DNA of 64,000 nucleotides from an uncultured Spirochaetota bacterium (GTDB lineage: Bacteria > Spirochaetota > Spirochaetia > SZUA-6 > Fen-1364), in contig CAWAHW010000001.1 of NCBI GenBank assembly GCA_963781885.1, forward strand, positions 544,001-608,000. Direction: 5' to 3'. Under the pieces are notes generated by a model that was not told where the DNA came from, made no database searches, and was given only the letters and a program-made list of their open reading frames with translations. Made by a program: the position numbers and the translations under genes. This document shows, in pieces, positions 11,141-21,838 of this stretch (positions are counted from its first letter, which is position 1; each line of letters begins with the position of its first letter).

Positions 11141-11816
11141 TGAGGCTCGCCGACCGGACGTACAGGTCGCGCGCCAGCGGCGCGAGCTTCCGCCGGTCGA
11201 CGACCCGGATGCGGCCCCTTGTTGGATCGAGAATGCCTGCGTCGCGAAAGACGCGCACCACCCGCGCGAGCTGGCGGTAGCTTGCACCGAGGTAGTCTGA
11301 AATTTCCCCCAGATCGTCGGTGCCCAGGATCCAGCCCTCGCCGTCCGTGGAGGCAAGAAGGTAGCTGGCGAGCCGGTTCTCCACCGGGTAGCGCACGTTG
11401 ATCGACTCGGCGATGACGCGGTCCCTGAGCTTCGCGCCGAGCCTGCCGCAGAGGTACATGAGGAGGCGATAGTTCCGCGCGGCGCTCCTCCTGATGGCCG
11501 CGACGGGGAGGCCGAGGCAGACGGTGTCGGTGAGCGCCTCGACGCTCAGCGTGTACCGGTCGGCGGAAAAGAGCTCCACCTCGCCCAGGACGTCGAATGG
11601 CTTGTAGATGGCCGCGAGGAGCCGCTGTCCGTTTTCCATCGTGCTGTAGATCTTGATCCTCCCTTTCACGAAGAAAAGGAGGTCGGTGACCGGGTCATCG
11701 GCCCGGATCACGATCTCCCCGGGTGCGCGCCGCAGCGTCCGCAGCGCGGCGAGCAGGTCGGCTGACAGGAGCCGCTCCAGCGCATACCGCCGCACCCAGG
11801 TTTCCACCGCGTCCAT
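11073..11816 (-). CDS. Crp/Fnr family transcriptional regulator
   Basis: cNMP-binding region (FFVKGRIKIY..GEVEL), ENRLASYLL and HTH YLGASYRQLARV. RBS GAAGGAGA lies before ATG 11816. Confidence 0.85.
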   Translation of the reverse strand: MDAVETWVRRYALERLLSADLLAALRTLRRAPGEIVIRADDPVTDLLFFVKGRIKIYSTMENGQRLLAAIYKPFDVLGEVELFSADRYTLSVEALTDTVCLGLPVAAIRRSAARNYRLLMYLCGRLGAKLRDRVIAESINVRYPVENRLASYLLASTDGEGWILGTDDLGEISDYLGASYRQLARVVRVFRDAGILDPTRGRIRVVDRRKLAPLARDLYVRSASLIKPSALPGNRAPRESSPKGPAT

Positions 11817-11830
11817 GCCGTCTCCTTCCA

Positions 11831-11846
11831 TAAGACATATGTCCTA
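11831..11846. promoter_or_regulatory. Palindromic operator between the divergent Crp-family regulator and DMT transporter
   Basis: TAAGACATATGTCCTA is a 14/16 self-complementary palindrome in a 72-bp divergent gap. Confidence 0.6.
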
Positions 11847-11888
11847 TCAAGGAAGCCAGTATGTCCCCATACTCGGTGCATGGATAGG

Positions 11889-12812
11889 ATGAAAGGGCGA
11901 CTGCTCGGCGTTATCGTGCCCCTGATCGGCGCGCTTGTCACCGTCATGTCCGGCCTGAACAGCCGGCTTGCGGGCATGGTCGGGAGCACGGTCGCGACGC
12001 TCGTCATCCACGTTGCGGGGCTCACCGCGGTCTCCGTTGTGCTCCTGGTGAACCGGGAGGAACGCCGCCCCGGGCGTCTTCCCCTCCACTTCTACCTGGG
12101 GGGGTTTGTCGGCGTCGGCACGGTGTTTTCCAGCAACTACGCCTTTGCCGCCATCGGGGCGTCTCTTGCCGTGGCCCTCGGTCTCCTCGGCCAGACCCTC
12201 TTGTCCCTTGCCGTGGACGCGACCGGGTTCATGGGCAGGAAGAAATACCCGGTTTCCGCGCGACGCCTGCCGGGCATTGCGCTGGCTCTCGCGGGCGTGG
12301 CAGTGATGCTGCTTGGTGCCGCGCAGGGGAGCGGGAAGGTCCCCGCGGTCGCCGTCCTCCTCGCGCTTGCCGGAGGCGGGATGACGGGTCTTTCCTTCAT
12401 CCTCAACTCGGAGCTCGGCCGCAGGAAGGGGGTCACGCGCAGCACGCGCATCAACTACCTTGTGGGGCTTGGCACAACGCTCCTCATCGTGCTGATCGTG
12501 CGGCCGCCGGTTGTCGCATCCGCCCGTGCCGTCGTTGCCGCCGGCCCGCTGCTCGTTTTCGGCGGCGGCCTCATGGGTGTTGTTGTGGTGACGGTCATGA
12601 ACGCGGTCTTCCCGCGCCTGCCCGCGGTCTCCGCGACCCTGCTCCTTTTTGCCGGGCAGGCCCTGATGGGAGTCCTCGTCGATGCAGCGGCGAAGGGTGC
12701 CTTCGACGTGAGAAAGCTGGTCGGCATCATCATCCTGCTTGCGGGCCTGGCGCTGAACGCCCTTCTTCCGAGCCGGCCGGTCCGTGCGGCGGGGCGCGGC
12801 GGCTCTGAGTAG
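11889..12812 (+). CDS. DMT family transporter (duplicated YdcZ-like domains)
   Basis: About 10 hydrophobic helices in two repeats (LNSRL..YLGG..GQ / LNSEL..GGGLMG..GQ). Confidence 0.8.
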   Translation: MKGRLLGVIVPLIGALVTVMSGLNSRLAGMVGSTVATLVIHVAGLTAVSVVLLVNREERRPGRLPLHFYLGGFVGVGTVFSSNYAFAAIGASLAVALGLLGQTLLSLAVDATGFMGRKKYPVSARRLPGIALALAGVAVMLLGAAQGSGKVPAVAVLLALAGGGMTGLSFILNSELGRRKGVTRSTRINYLVGLGTTLLIVLIVRPPVVASARAVVAAGPLLVFGGGLMGVVVVTVMNAVFPRLPAVSATLLLFAGQALMGVLVDAAAKGAFDVRKLVGIIILLAGLALNALLPSRPVRAAGRGGSE

Positions 12813-12825
12813 TTGTCTGCCCCTT

Positions 12826-13266
12826 CATGAAGTGCCCGGGCTGCAGGTTGCGCGCCAGGAGAAGATCTACCTGGCATTTCCATTCGAAATGACCGAGCCC
12901 GACATGAATCGACGCGCGGACCCCGCCATCTTCATGATCAACAAGTCGGTGATGATCACCCCGCAGGGGGATATTGCCTACCAGTACGTAAAACACAACC
13001 TCCTGATCGGCCCCGAATCGGAGACCACGTTGCGCGGCCCGAGGGTCATCGACGCCATCGACGGCACGACATCCTCGAAGGGCAACCCGCTGCACTCCGT
13101 CATGGCGTCCTACCGCACGATTGAGGAAGGCTTCTCCCTACAACTCGGGGATTTCTTCCCGCTGCTCTGCGCGGCAGGGCTCGCCGCGCTGCTCGTCTTT
13201 GGCATCGGGACGGCGGTGCGGCGGAAGCGGCCCGCGCGGGTTGCCGATGCATCGCGTCCGCGGTAG
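12826..13266 (+). pseudogene. Relic of an Lnt-like carbon-nitrogen hydrolase with internal deletions
   Basis: Patches ARQEKIYL, NKSVMITPQGDIAYQYVKHNL, HSVMASYRTIEEGFS and LGDFFPLLC+TM are joined together. There is no clear start, and the catalytic Glu and Cys segments are missing. Confidence 0.55.
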
Positions 13267-13276
13267 CTTCAGGCTC

Positions 13277-13561
13277 ATGTGCCGAAACATCAAGCCGCTT
13301 TTCAATTTCGACCCGCCGGCAACGGATGAGGAGATACGCGGAGCCGCGCTGCAATTCGTGCGGAAGATATCCGGTTTCACGAAGCCGTCGAAGATCAACG
13401 AGCACGTCTTCAATTACGCCGTGGACGACGTTGCCGCGATCGCCCGGGGCCTCATGGGGCAGCTGGTGACGAACGCGGAGCCGCGCGATCGCGACGTGGA
13501 AGCCGCGCGTGCCCGCGCCCGGGCCGTGCACAGGTTCGGCAGCGCCGCGCAGGGGGCGTAG
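13277..13561 (+). CDS. DUF2277 family protein
   Basis: Signature N-terminus MCRNIKPLFNFDPPATDEEIRGAALQFVRKISG. Confidence 0.85.
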   Translation: MCRNIKPLFNFDPPATDEEIRGAALQFVRKISGFTKPSKINEHVFNYAVDDVAAIARGLMGQLVTNAEPRDRDVEAARARARAVHRFGSAAQGA

Positions 13562-13568
13562 GGGCTTC

Positions 13569-13913
13569 TCAGGGCAGCGGCTTGCGACCCGCGAAGCCTT
13601 CCTCCACGGGGTGATACCAGCCGAGCTCCTTCTCATCGCTGCGCCAGCAGAGGAACACCGCGGCGCCGTCGATCACGGAGGGAAAATCCACCAGGCCGAC
13701 TGAGAAGTCCCAGTCCTTGAAGAAGCATCCCATCTCATCAAGCTCGAGCATGTGCTCCTTGAGCTCGTCCTGCAGCCGGGGCAGCTCGTCCTGGTCCTCC
13801 TCCGGCAGCTCGCGGATGCTGCGCGCAGTTTCCAGGATGTCGCCCACGATTTGACGCACCAGGGGGAGCGCACTCTCCGCTTCCTGGCGCGTGAACAGTC
13901 TCTTGAACTCCAT
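13569..13913 (-). CDS. DUF2203 family protein
   Basis: FTRQEAESALP..GCFFKD...GLVDFP......FLCW...E..L.WYH....GFAGRKPL. Confidence 0.85.
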   Translation of the reverse strand: MEFKRLFTRQEAESALPLVRQIVGDILETARSIRELPEEDQDELPRLQDELKEHMLELDEMGCFFKDWDFSVGLVDFPSVIDGAAVFLCWRSDEKELGWYHPVEEGFAGRKPLP

Positions 13914-13971
13914 AGACCCGCGCATTCTTGCCCTCCTGCAGGGGGTCGTCAAGTGCCGCCCCGTAAAAATC

Positions 13972-14008
13972 GTGACATTTGTCACTGCCCGCGGGGGCGA
14001 CAGTTGTC
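13972..14008 (+). promoter_or_regulatory. Tandem inverted-repeat operator upstream of the ABC exporter/TCS operon
   Basis: Perfect GTGACA-TT-TGTCAC (13972-13985) and a second GACA-GT-TGTC (13999-14008). Confidence 0.6.
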
Positions 14009-14047
14009 CTACCTTCATCGCGTCCAATCAGAAGAAAGGGGACGTGA

Positions 14048-14992
14048 ATGAATATCGCGATCATGGAGGACGTCGTGAAGCGCTACGGTGCGACACTCGC
14101 CCTCGACCATGCCGACCTGGAGGTGCGCCAGGGAGAGATACTCGGTCTGCTGGGGCCCAACGGCGCCGGAAAAACCACGGCCATTCTCGTGCTCGCCGGT
14201 CTGCTGGGGATCGACAGCGGTTCCGTGCGGCTCTTCGGCCGGGCGCAGCGCCCCGGCGTGCTCGATCTGAAGCGCAGGGTGGGGCTCGTCACGCAGGAGA
14301 TCACCATCTTCGACGACCTCACCGCGTGGGAGAACCTTGCATTCTTTGCCGGTCTCTACGGCCTGAAAAGACCGCGGCTCCAGGAGCGCATCCGCGACAC
14401 CCTTGCATTCGTGGGACTGACCGAGCACGCGCACCGCCGACCGAAGAAGTTTTCCGGTGGCATGAAGAGACGGCTGAATCTCGCCTGCGCGCTCACGCAC
14501 CAGCCCGAGCTCTTGATCATGGACGAGCCCACGGTTGGCATCGACCCGCAGTCGCGTAACCATATCCTCGAATCGGTCCGCGCTCTCCGGGACGCCGGGA
14601 CCACGATCCTTTACACGTCGCATTACATGGAAGAGGTGGAGGCCATCGCATCGCGCGTCGCCATCATGGACCAGGGTCACGTCATTGCGTCGGGTACCAT
14701 CGGCGAGCTGGTGGAGCGCATCCAGTACGAGGAGCACGTCACGCTGGAGGTCGGCGCGCCAACGCTGGAGCTGGTCGGGGAGCTCAGGGCCATTGCGGGC
14801 GTCAAGGAAGTTTGCGGGGATGGGGGACGGCTGCGCATCGTCTCCGAGGTCGGTTCGGGGAACCTGGATCGGGTGATCGCCTGCGCGCAGAAGGCGGGGG
14901 GGGTGCGCTCCATTTCCGCGGAGAAGCCCACGCTGGAGGACGTGTTCCTCACGTTGACCGGCAAGAGCCTGAGGGATGGAGAGGCATCATGA
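14048..14992 (+). CDS. ABC exporter ATP-binding protein (LnrL/DrrA-like)
   Basis: GPNGAGKT, FSGGMKRR, MDEPTVGID, SHYMEE, PTLEDVFL. Confidence 0.93.
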   Translation: MNIAIMEDVVKRYGATLALDHADLEVRQGEILGLLGPNGAGKTTAILVLAGLLGIDSGSVRLFGRAQRPGVLDLKRRVGLVTQEITIFDDLTAWENLAFFAGLYGLKRPRLQERIRDTLAFVGLTEHAHRRPKKFSGGMKRRLNLACALTHQPELLIMDEPTVGIDPQSRNHILESVRALRDAGTTILYTSHYMEEVEAIASRVAIMDQGHVIASGTIGELVERIQYEEHVTLEVGAPTLELVGELRAIAGVKEVCGDGGRLRIVSEVGSGNLDRVIACAQKAGGVRSISAEKPTLEDVFLTLTGKSLRDGEAS

Positions 14993-15738
14993 GACGCTTC
15001 ATCATCGCGTTCCGGTATTCGTTCCTGCAGCTGGTGAGGAACATCCAAGGCATGATCTTTCTCCTCGTCATGCCGCTCTTCATCATCCCGATCCTCGCCG
15101 TGGTGTTTTCGCGGATTCCCGCCGGTACCGCCTACCTCAAGGGCGCCGATACGGCGACCTTCTTCGCCGTGGGCATGACGATTTTTTTCCAGCTCTTTGG
15201 GGGAACCTACAGCATGACGGGCGTCAGGGCGATGTTCCTGGGTCCGCGGCGCTGGCGCATCCATGCGCTGCCGTGCCGGCCGACGCCCATCCTGATGGGA
15301 GTTCTCGGGGCCAGCACGGTCATCAGTCTCGCGCAGGGTGTCCTGCTCGTGGTGTTTTCCCGGGTTCTGCTCGGCGCGCATTTCGGCAATGTGGGGATCG
15401 TCTTCGCGGTGCTCCTGGGAATTGCCCTGCTTGCACAGCTGATCTGGGTCACGCTCCTTCTCCTGGTGCGCGACTTCACGACGGCATTCGTCCTTGCGTG
15501 GATCGTCAGCTATGGGTGCGGCGTTCTGGGCGGCATCATCTTCCCCTTGCCGGAGAACCCTTTCTTCCATTTCACGGCAACGTATGGCACGCCGTTCTCA
15601 CTCGCGCAGACCGCTTTGCTGGACGCATCCCGCGGAGGGCCGACGGGAGAGATTGCGCTCTGCGTCGGCGTCCTTTTCCTGGCAGCGGCGGTGTTCGCCT
15701 GCCTCACGGCCATCCTGGGCAGGAGGAAGCTCGCATGA
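14989..15738 (+). CDS. ABC-2 type permease
   Basis: ATGA overlap with the ATPase, about 6 TM helices, LGGIIFP motif. Confidence 0.82.
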   Translation: MRRFIIAFRYSFLQLVRNIQGMIFLLVMPLFIIPILAVVFSRIPAGTAYLKGADTATFFAVGMTIFFQLFGGTYSMTGVRAMFLGPRRWRIHALPCRPTPILMGVLGASTVISLAQGVLLVVFSRVLLGAHFGNVGIVFAVLLGIALLAQLIWVTLLLLVRDFTTAFVLAWIVSYGCGVLGGIIFPLPENPFFHFTATYGTPFSLAQTALLDASRGGPTGEIALCVGVLFLAAAVFACLTAILGRRKLA

Positions 15739-16421
15739 TCATCCTTCGATTTGCCCTGAGGCGTGGATTGGGCAATCCCATCCTCACCGCCATGCTGTTC
15801 CTGCTGCCGGCGGCGGTGGTCTTCCTCCCCCGCACGCCCAATACGGTGCTGCCCGTGGGCTTCCACATCTACGGCATCCTTCTCCTTTTCACCGCGTTCC
15901 TCATGATACGCATCATTGTCGAGGACAGGGAGAGCGGGGTGTTCCTGCGAATCGGGGCTGCTCCTGTTACTCATTTCCGCTACCTGCTGGAGAGCCTCAT
16001 TGCATACGCGATCGTGCTGCTCGTGCAGAATGCCCTGGTGGTCGGCCTTGGGGTCCTCGTGCACGGGAAGAGTCTCATCGCGCCATGGCGGCTGTTCGCG
16101 GCCTATGCGGTCTTTTCCTCCACGGCCATTGCCTTCTGCCTTGCCGTCTGCGCGATGTTCCGCCTGCGGGAGGCGGCCTATGGGACGTGCTCGAGCCTCA
16201 TCATCGTGATCTCGATGCTGGGAGGCGCCTACTTTTCCACGGAGATCATGCCGGTGAGCCTTCAGCGCGTCGCAATGGTGACGCCCACCTACTGGCTTTT
16301 CAACGCGCTGCGCATCGCGGAGACTGGTGGCGCGCGGTCCGGGTTTGCGCTGTCACTCGGCATCATGCTACTCTTCACCGTGGCTTTCCTCATCGCGGGG
16401 AGCAAGCGGCGCCTGGTGTGA
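15735..16421 (+). CDS. ABC-2 type permease
   Basis: ATGA overlap, EDRESGVFLRIGAAPV, MLGGAYF..EIMP..LQRVA..TPTYW. Confidence 0.85.
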   Translation: MIILRFALRRGLGNPILTAMLFLLPAAVVFLPRTPNTVLPVGFHIYGILLLFTAFLMIRIIVEDRESGVFLRIGAAPVTHFRYLLESLIAYAIVLLVQNALVVGLGVLVHGKSLIAPWRLFAAYAVFSSTAIAFCLAVCAMFRLREAAYGTCSSLIIVISMLGGAYFSTEIMPVSLQRVAMVTPTYWLFNALRIAETGGARSGFALSLGIMLLFTVAFLIAGSKRRLV

Positions 16422-17591
16422 AGACGAATGTCCGACTGGCTTCCCCGGCGGCCGCCCTTGCGTGGCGGCTTCTGGGGGAGATCCTTCTCTGTATCCTCTG
16501 GATTCAAGGGCCTGACAGGCCGGTCGGGCTCGTCCTCGTTCTTTTCCTCTGCATCCTCAGCCTTGCCCGGTGGCGCTTCACCCTTCCGGCATGGACCGTG
16601 CTGATCGACCAGGCAGCGTGCATCGCCGTCATGCAGATCTGGCCGGATGCTGCCTTCGGGCTCGCCCTGCCCGGTCTTCGATGCCGTGTGCGCCGCGGCG
16701 CCGTGGCTCGCGCTGCCCGTTGTCGTCGCGGTGTCCGTCGACAGGCTCTGGGTGCTCCCGCTGGACGCCGCTCTCTGTCTTGCCGCCGCGGCAGGGGGAA
16801 GCATCCTGCTTTGGGGCCGGGAGGCGGCGCGGCTGCGCCAGGAGGCGGACGCGGACCGGCGGGAGAAGTACGAGATGGCCCGGCTCAAGGACGACCTGCT
16901 CGTGGCGAATGTCCAGGTTGCGCGGATCGCCGGGCTCGCCGAGCGCGCCCGCATCGCGCGGGACCTGCACGATCACCTTGGGCACGAGCTCACGGCCGCG
17001 GGGCTCGCCCTCCAGGCATTCGACCAGCTCTGGAAGGAAGGCGACGTGCAGGCCGGCGAGCTTTTGTCCCAGGCGGAACGGCGCATCGCGGAAGGAATGG
17101 CCGTGCTGCGTTCCACGGTGAGCGGCATCGCCCCGCCGCGCGAGACGGGCGTGGGAGGCCTGGAGGAAATATGCCGCGGCCTCACCGATCCTGCGCCCGA
17201 GCTCGTGGTGCACGGCAATGCGGAGCTGATCCCGTCCCATGCATGGGCGGTCCTCGAGCCGTGTCTGAAGGAGGGCCTCACGAACGCGGCGCGGCACGGT
17301 GCGCCGGGCAGGGTGTCGGTGAGCCTCGACATCGGACCGCGCATCGTGCGCCTGTGCGTGCACAATGAGGCAGACGGCGCGGGGCGCGCGCAGGCCCGTG
17401 CGGCCAAAGGCAACGGTCGCGGCCTTCCGGCGCGCCTGAGGGCGGAAGCGTCAGATGCGGAAGGACACGGCCTGGGTCTCCGCAGTCTTCGGCAGCGCGC
17501 GCGGGCGGTGGGCGGCAGCGTCACGACGGACGCCACCAACGGTTTCCGCCTCATTTGCGTGCTGCCGCTTCCGGGAGCGCGCGAGCCGTGA
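16418..17591 (+). CDS. HisKA_3 membrane sensor histidine kinase, frameshift near 16670
   Basis: GTGA overlap and a TM N-terminus, then after the frameshift ERARIARDLHDHLGHEL, EGLTNAARHG and GLGLRSLRQR. Confidence 0.82.
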
Positions 17592-18196
17592 CGCTTCTCA
17601 TTGTGGACGACGATCCCCTGGTCACGCAGAGTCTGAAGGTGCTGCTCTCCCGCGAAGCGGACATCCAGGTCGTGGGAACGGCGAGTGACGGCGCGCACGC
17701 GGTGAAGGCCTGCGAACGGAGCGTGCCGGACGCGGTCCTCATGGACATCCGCATCCCGGGCATGGACGGCATCGAGGCAACGCGCCTCATCAAGCAGCGG
17801 TGGCCCGCGGTGCACGTCGTGTTTCTCACGACATTCACGGACGACGAAAGCGTGCGCACGGCGCTCCAGGCGGGAGGCGACGGCTACCTGCTGAAGTCGG
17901 CGCCGGCGGCGGGCATGGCACAGCGCCTGCGCGCCCTCACGACGCAGACGTCGGTGATCGACACCGCGGTGCTGAAGCGCCTCACCGAGCCCGACGGGGA
18001 GCCGCTCCCGGGGCTCACGCCGCGGGAGAACGACGTGGCCGCGCTCGTCGCGCAGGGTTGCTCCAACCGGGAGATCGCCGACCAGCTCTTCATCGGCGAA
18101 GGCACGGCGCGCAACATCCTTTCCATCGTGCTGGAAAAGCTCGATCTGCGGGATCGCACGCAGCTTGCAATCTTTTACTGGAGACGACGGCTCTAG
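17588..18196 (+). CDS. NarL/LuxR family response regulator
   Basis: [26 protein letters not shown] and Lux[24 protein letters not shown]. Confidence 0.92.
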   Translation: MTLLIVDDDPLVTQSLKVLLSREADIQVVGTASDGAHAVKACERSVPDAVLMDIRIPGMDGIEATRLIKQRWPAVHVVFLTTFTDDESVRTALQAGGDGYLLKSAPAAGMAQRLRALTTQTSVIDTAVLKRLTEPDGEPLPGLTPRENDVAALVAQGCSNREIADQLFIGEGTARNILSIVLEKLDLRDRTQLAIFYWRRRL

Positions 18197-20292
18197 GAGC
18201 CCCGCGTTTCCTCGACGGCGGCCGGCGCCTCCGGCTTTTCGCCGGCAACGACGAGGCCCGTCTCGGCGATCTTGAACTGCGACGTCATCTTCTGCAGCTC
18301 ATGCGCCATTGTGGCGAGCTCTTCCGTGGCGGTGGACATCTCCTGCGCCGCCGTGGCGGCGTTCTGGGTGACGTCATTCACGTTCTCGACGGCCTTGGAG
18401 ACCTGTTTCGCGTTCAGTGACTGTTCCCCGGTGGCCGCCGAGATGTTCAGGCTCATCTCGCTGATGCTGGACAGAGCGAAGGACAGCTCCTGCACGGCCT
18501 CCACCTGCTGCGTCATCGCGCCCGACAGCCCACCGATCATCTCCTTCACCTTTTCCGAGGCGACGCGGATCTGCTCCATCGCCGCCTGCGAGCCCTGCGC
18601 CGTCTTCACGCCCGTCGTCACGTTGCGCGCGCTCTCCTTGAACAGCCGACCGATCTCCTTCGTCGACGCGGAGCTCTTTTCCGCGAGCTTGCTCACCTCG
18701 GCGGCGACAACGGCGAATCCTCGGCCGTGCTCGCCGGCGCGCGCCGCCTCGATGGAGGCGTTCAGCGCCAGGAGATTCGTCTGGTCGGCGATTTCCGAGA
18801 TCACGTTCACGATCCCGCTGATCTTCTCCGAGCTTCCCGCGATTAGGTTGATGCCCTCCACCACCTGGGCGACCGCCTTCGCGCCTTCCTGCGCGTTCTC
18901 CACCGACTTGCCCGCCAGCGCGGCGATCTCCTGCAGGTTCTTCGTCACCTCCGCGATGGATTGCTGCACGCGCCCCATCGAGCGGGAGCCATTGCCCACG
19001 GCCTCGGCCTGGCCGTGCGCGTGCTCGGCAACCTGGTCGACGGACGCCGCCAGCTCCTCCACCGCCGCGCTGGTCTGCTCCAGGGTGGATGCCTGGCTCT
19101 GCGCGCCTTCCGCGAGGTCCTGCGCCTTGCCCGTGATGTGCTCGGAGGTGGAAGCGACCTTCACGGCGTTCTCCTGGATCGTCGCGACCATGCCGCGGAG
19201 GTTCTCCGACATGCCGTTCAGCGCGGCGACGAGCTTGCCGATCTCGTCCTTGCGATGGATCGGAAGCTGCTGCGCGAAGTCGCCGGATGCGACGAGCTCC
19301 GCGAATGCGACGCTGCGGGCAAGCGGCCGCGTGATGCTGCGGGAGAAGAGAAGGTACACGAGCAGGGCCGCGACGATCGCCGCCCCCGAGATGATGAGGA
19401 TGAGATTCTGCAGGTCGGTTGCCGGGGCGAGATACTCCGCGTCGGGAAGCGTCATGCCGACGCTCCACCCCGTTGCTTTCACGGGCGCGAAGCCCGCGGT
19501 CATGGGCACATCGCGGAACACGTAGGTGCCGACGCCGCTTTCACCCGCGATCATGCGCGCGGTGAGTGCGCGCGTGCCATCCATCTGCGACAGGTTCGTG
19601 GCAAAGACATTCGACGCGACCGGATGCGCGATCACGAGCCCCGTTTGGTCGATCACGTAGGCGTAGCCGCTGATGCCGATCTTTCCCTCTCGGATCAACG
19701 GATCCAGGAACTGCGCGTCGAGCACGAGGACGTAGACGCCCACGACCTTGCCGTCGGACAGGATGGGAGCCGCCACGGGAACGACCGGCTTGCTCGTCAC
19801 GTGATTGATGACCGCGGCGCCGGCGTTCGGCGTGCCGTCCAGGGCAGTCTTGATGTATGGCTCATCGGCGTAGCTCTGACCGATGTAGGCGGGACTGGAG
19901 GCGGCAAAGGCCACCCCGTCGGTGCCGATGCACATGATGGCTTCGTAGCCCTCGCCGAGCCCCTTCGACTTCTTCACTGCCACGATCCTATCGGTGGCGT
20001 TCTTCATCGCCTCCGCGACGACCTTCGACGCCGGCTTTCCCGCCGCGAGCGCCGCGGCAACGATGTCGCCGTCGAGGGCCTGCCCAACGGCGATCTTCTG
20101 CTCCTCGAGAAACACGCTGTTGATGGAGGAGGCGACAAGGCCCGCGGCGCGCGAAAGCTGCTCTGTTTCACTTCCCGTGACGGCGAGGGTCGATCTCTGG
20201 ACGGCGAGGAATGTCACCACGGCGAGCGGAATGACCATCAGGATCGTGCCCACGGCGGTGAGCTTGATTCCCAACCTCAAATTCCTCAGCAT
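18193..20292 (-). CDS. Methyl-accepting chemotaxis protein (dCache-HAMP-MCP)
   Basis: [30 protein letters not shown], two TMs, Cache motif GYAYVID..GLVIAHP. Confidence 0.93.
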   Translation of the reverse strand: MLRNLRLGIKLTAVGTILMVIPLAVVTFLAVQRSTLAVTGSETEQLSRAAGLVASSINSVFLEEQKIAVGQALDGDIVAAALAAGKPASKVVAEAMKNATDRIVAVKKSKGLGEGYEAIMCIGTDGVAFAASSPAYIGQSYADEPYIKTALDGTPNAGAAVINHVTSKPVVPVAAPILSDGKVVGVYVLVLDAQFLDPLIREGKIGISGYAYVIDQTGLVIAHPVASNVFATNLSQMDGTRALTARMIAGESGVGTYVFRDVPMTAGFAPVKATGWSVGMTLPDAEYLAPATDLQNLILIISGAAIVAALLVYLLFSRSITRPLARSVAFAELVASGDFAQQLPIHRKDEIGKLVAALNGMSENLRGMVATIQENAVKVASTSEHITGKAQDLAEGAQSQASTLEQTSAAVEELAASVDQVAEHAHGQAEAVGNGSRSMGRVQQSIAEVTKNLQEIAALAGKSVENAQEGAKAVAQVVEGINLIAGSSEKISGIVNVISEIADQTNLLALNASIEAARAGEHGRGFAVVAAEVSKLAEKSSASTKEIGRLFKESARNVTTGVKTAQGSQAAMEQIRVASEKVKEMIGGLSGAMTQQVEAVQELSFALSSISEMSLNISAATGEQSLNAKQVSKAVENVNDVTQNAATAAQEMSTATEELATMAHELQKMTSQFKIAETGLVVAGEKPEAPAAVEETRGS

Positions 20293-20386
20293 GGCAAACT
20301 CCGATCCGCATCTCGCCGCGATGGCACGGCGCGCCCCGCGATTATATGCTACCGGCGCCTCGGCGCAAGGGCGCGCCGCGGCTGGT

Positions 20387-20746
20387 TCAGGGATCCCGGT
20401 CCGGCAGGGACGCCCCGGGGAAACCCCGCACGGGGTGGAGCTCATAGGTGAAAATACCGGCCTTCACACCCGGGTCTTCATCCATGATCGCCCTGACCTC
20501 CGCTTCTTCGACGCAGAAGACGCCAAAGCCCCGCAGCGGACCGCCGTCCACCACGGGACAGATGATCGGAAGCTTCCCCGCCTTGCGCAGCGACATATTC
20601 CGCCGTCCGTGCTCGTAGATGATCGCCTTGGAACCGGGAGAGTCGTAGTTCGGACCGGCCTTCAGGATCAGGCCGCAGTAGCTTCGCGCGTGCGCGAGCG
20701 ATTCGCGGAACTCGTCATCGCCGATGATGTCCACGTTGTCTTTCAC
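20387..20746 (-). CDS. YCII-related small protein
   Basis: H..R...L...G.L...P.......G..VF.......[18 protein letters not shown]. Confidence 0.6.
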   Translation of the reverse strand: MKDNVDIIGDDEFRESLAHARSYCGLILKAGPNYDSPGSKAIIYEHGRRNMSLRKAGKLPIICPVVDGGPLRGFGVFCVEEAEVRAIMDEDPGVKAGIFTYELHPVRGFPGASLPDRDP

Positions 20747-20842
20747 GGCTTTAACCTACACCGGGAACGGCGAATCGCCAAGAAGGACCCGGCTCGCCCC
20801 TGCCGCATCGCTCATGATAGGCTTGACGTGAACGGAGGGAGT

Positions 20843-21832
20843 ATGGCGAAAAAGGCCGGGACCCCGGGCGCCGCAAAGAAGCCGGCGAGGCCGCGCAAAA
20901 AGAAGGGCGCGCTCTCAATCGAGGGGCTGAGCGCCGTCGAGGTGACCGCGGAGCCGTCGCCGCCGGAGATCGAAGGCATGGGCCGGTTGATACGGGAAAG
21001 CGGCGGCGGGGTGGTGGGGACGTACCGCGACCCCGTGGGCGGGCACTGGCACCTGATCGCCAGCCTGCCCATAGACAAGGTCGAGCCGACCCCGTTCCAA
21101 CGCGACCTGTCGAAGACCCACGTGGAAAGGCTCGGCAGCGTCATCGGGCGCATGGGCCGTTTCCTCGATCCCATCATCGTCGTGCGCGCGGCGTCGGGAG
21201 TCTTCTGGACGCCCAACGGCCACCATCGCCTTGCCGCAATGCGGCAGCTTGGCGCGCGTTCCATACTCGCGGTTGTCGTTCCCGAGCTCGCCGTCGCCTA
21301 CCAGATCCTCGCCATGAACACGGAGAAGGGTCACAACCTGAGGGAAAAGGCCCTGGAGGTGATCCGCATGGCGCGCTCCCTGGCCGAGCTCGACCCGGCA
21401 TCCGGGCGGATAGAGAAGGACTGCGCGCTGGAGTTCGAGGAGCCGGCCTATCTTACCCTCGGCGTAGCCTACGAAAAGCGCGGGCGCCTGAGCGGCGGGG
21501 CCTACCACCCGGTGTTGAAGCGCGTGGAGCAATTCCTCGAGTCGCCGCTGCCGCAGGCGCTGGAGGTGCGCGCCGCGCGCGCCGACAAGCTCCTGGCGCT
21601 TGACGACCTTGTGGCGGCGGCGGTTGCCGCCCTCAAGGACCGGGGCTTCACGAGCCCCTACCTGAAGGCATTCGTCGTGGCGCGGCTGAACCCGCTTCGG
21701 TTCCGCAAGGGCGCGACGATGAGCGCCGACGAGGCCCTTGATGCAATGGCCGCCGCCGCGCAGAAGTTCGACGCGGAGAAGGTGAAGGTCGGAGATCTCG
21801 CGGCCGCCCCGCCCGGGCCGGCGGAGGAATGA
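20843..21832 (+). CDS. Orphan ParB/Srx-like N-terminal domain protein
   Basis: LPIDKVEPTPFQRDLS, FLDPIIVV, TPNGHHRL, LAMNTEK. Lys-rich N-terminus. GGAGGG RBS. Confidence 0.75.
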   Translation: MAKKAGTPGAAKKPARPRKKKGALSIEGLSAVEVTAEPSPPEIEGMGRLIRESGGGVVGTYRDPVGGHWHLIASLPIDKVEPTPFQRDLSKTHVERLGSVIGRMGRFLDPIIVVRAASGVFWTPNGHHRLAAMRQLGARSILAVVVPELAVAYQILAMNTEKGHNLREKALEVIRMARSLAELDPASGRIEKDCALEFEEPAYLTLGVAYEKRGRLSGGAYHPVLKRVEQFLESPLPQALEVRAARADKLLALDDLVAAAVAALKDRGFTSPYLKAFVVARLNPLRFRKGATMSADEALDAMAAAAQKFDAEKVKVGDLAAAPPGPAEE

Positions 21833-21838
21833 CGCCGC

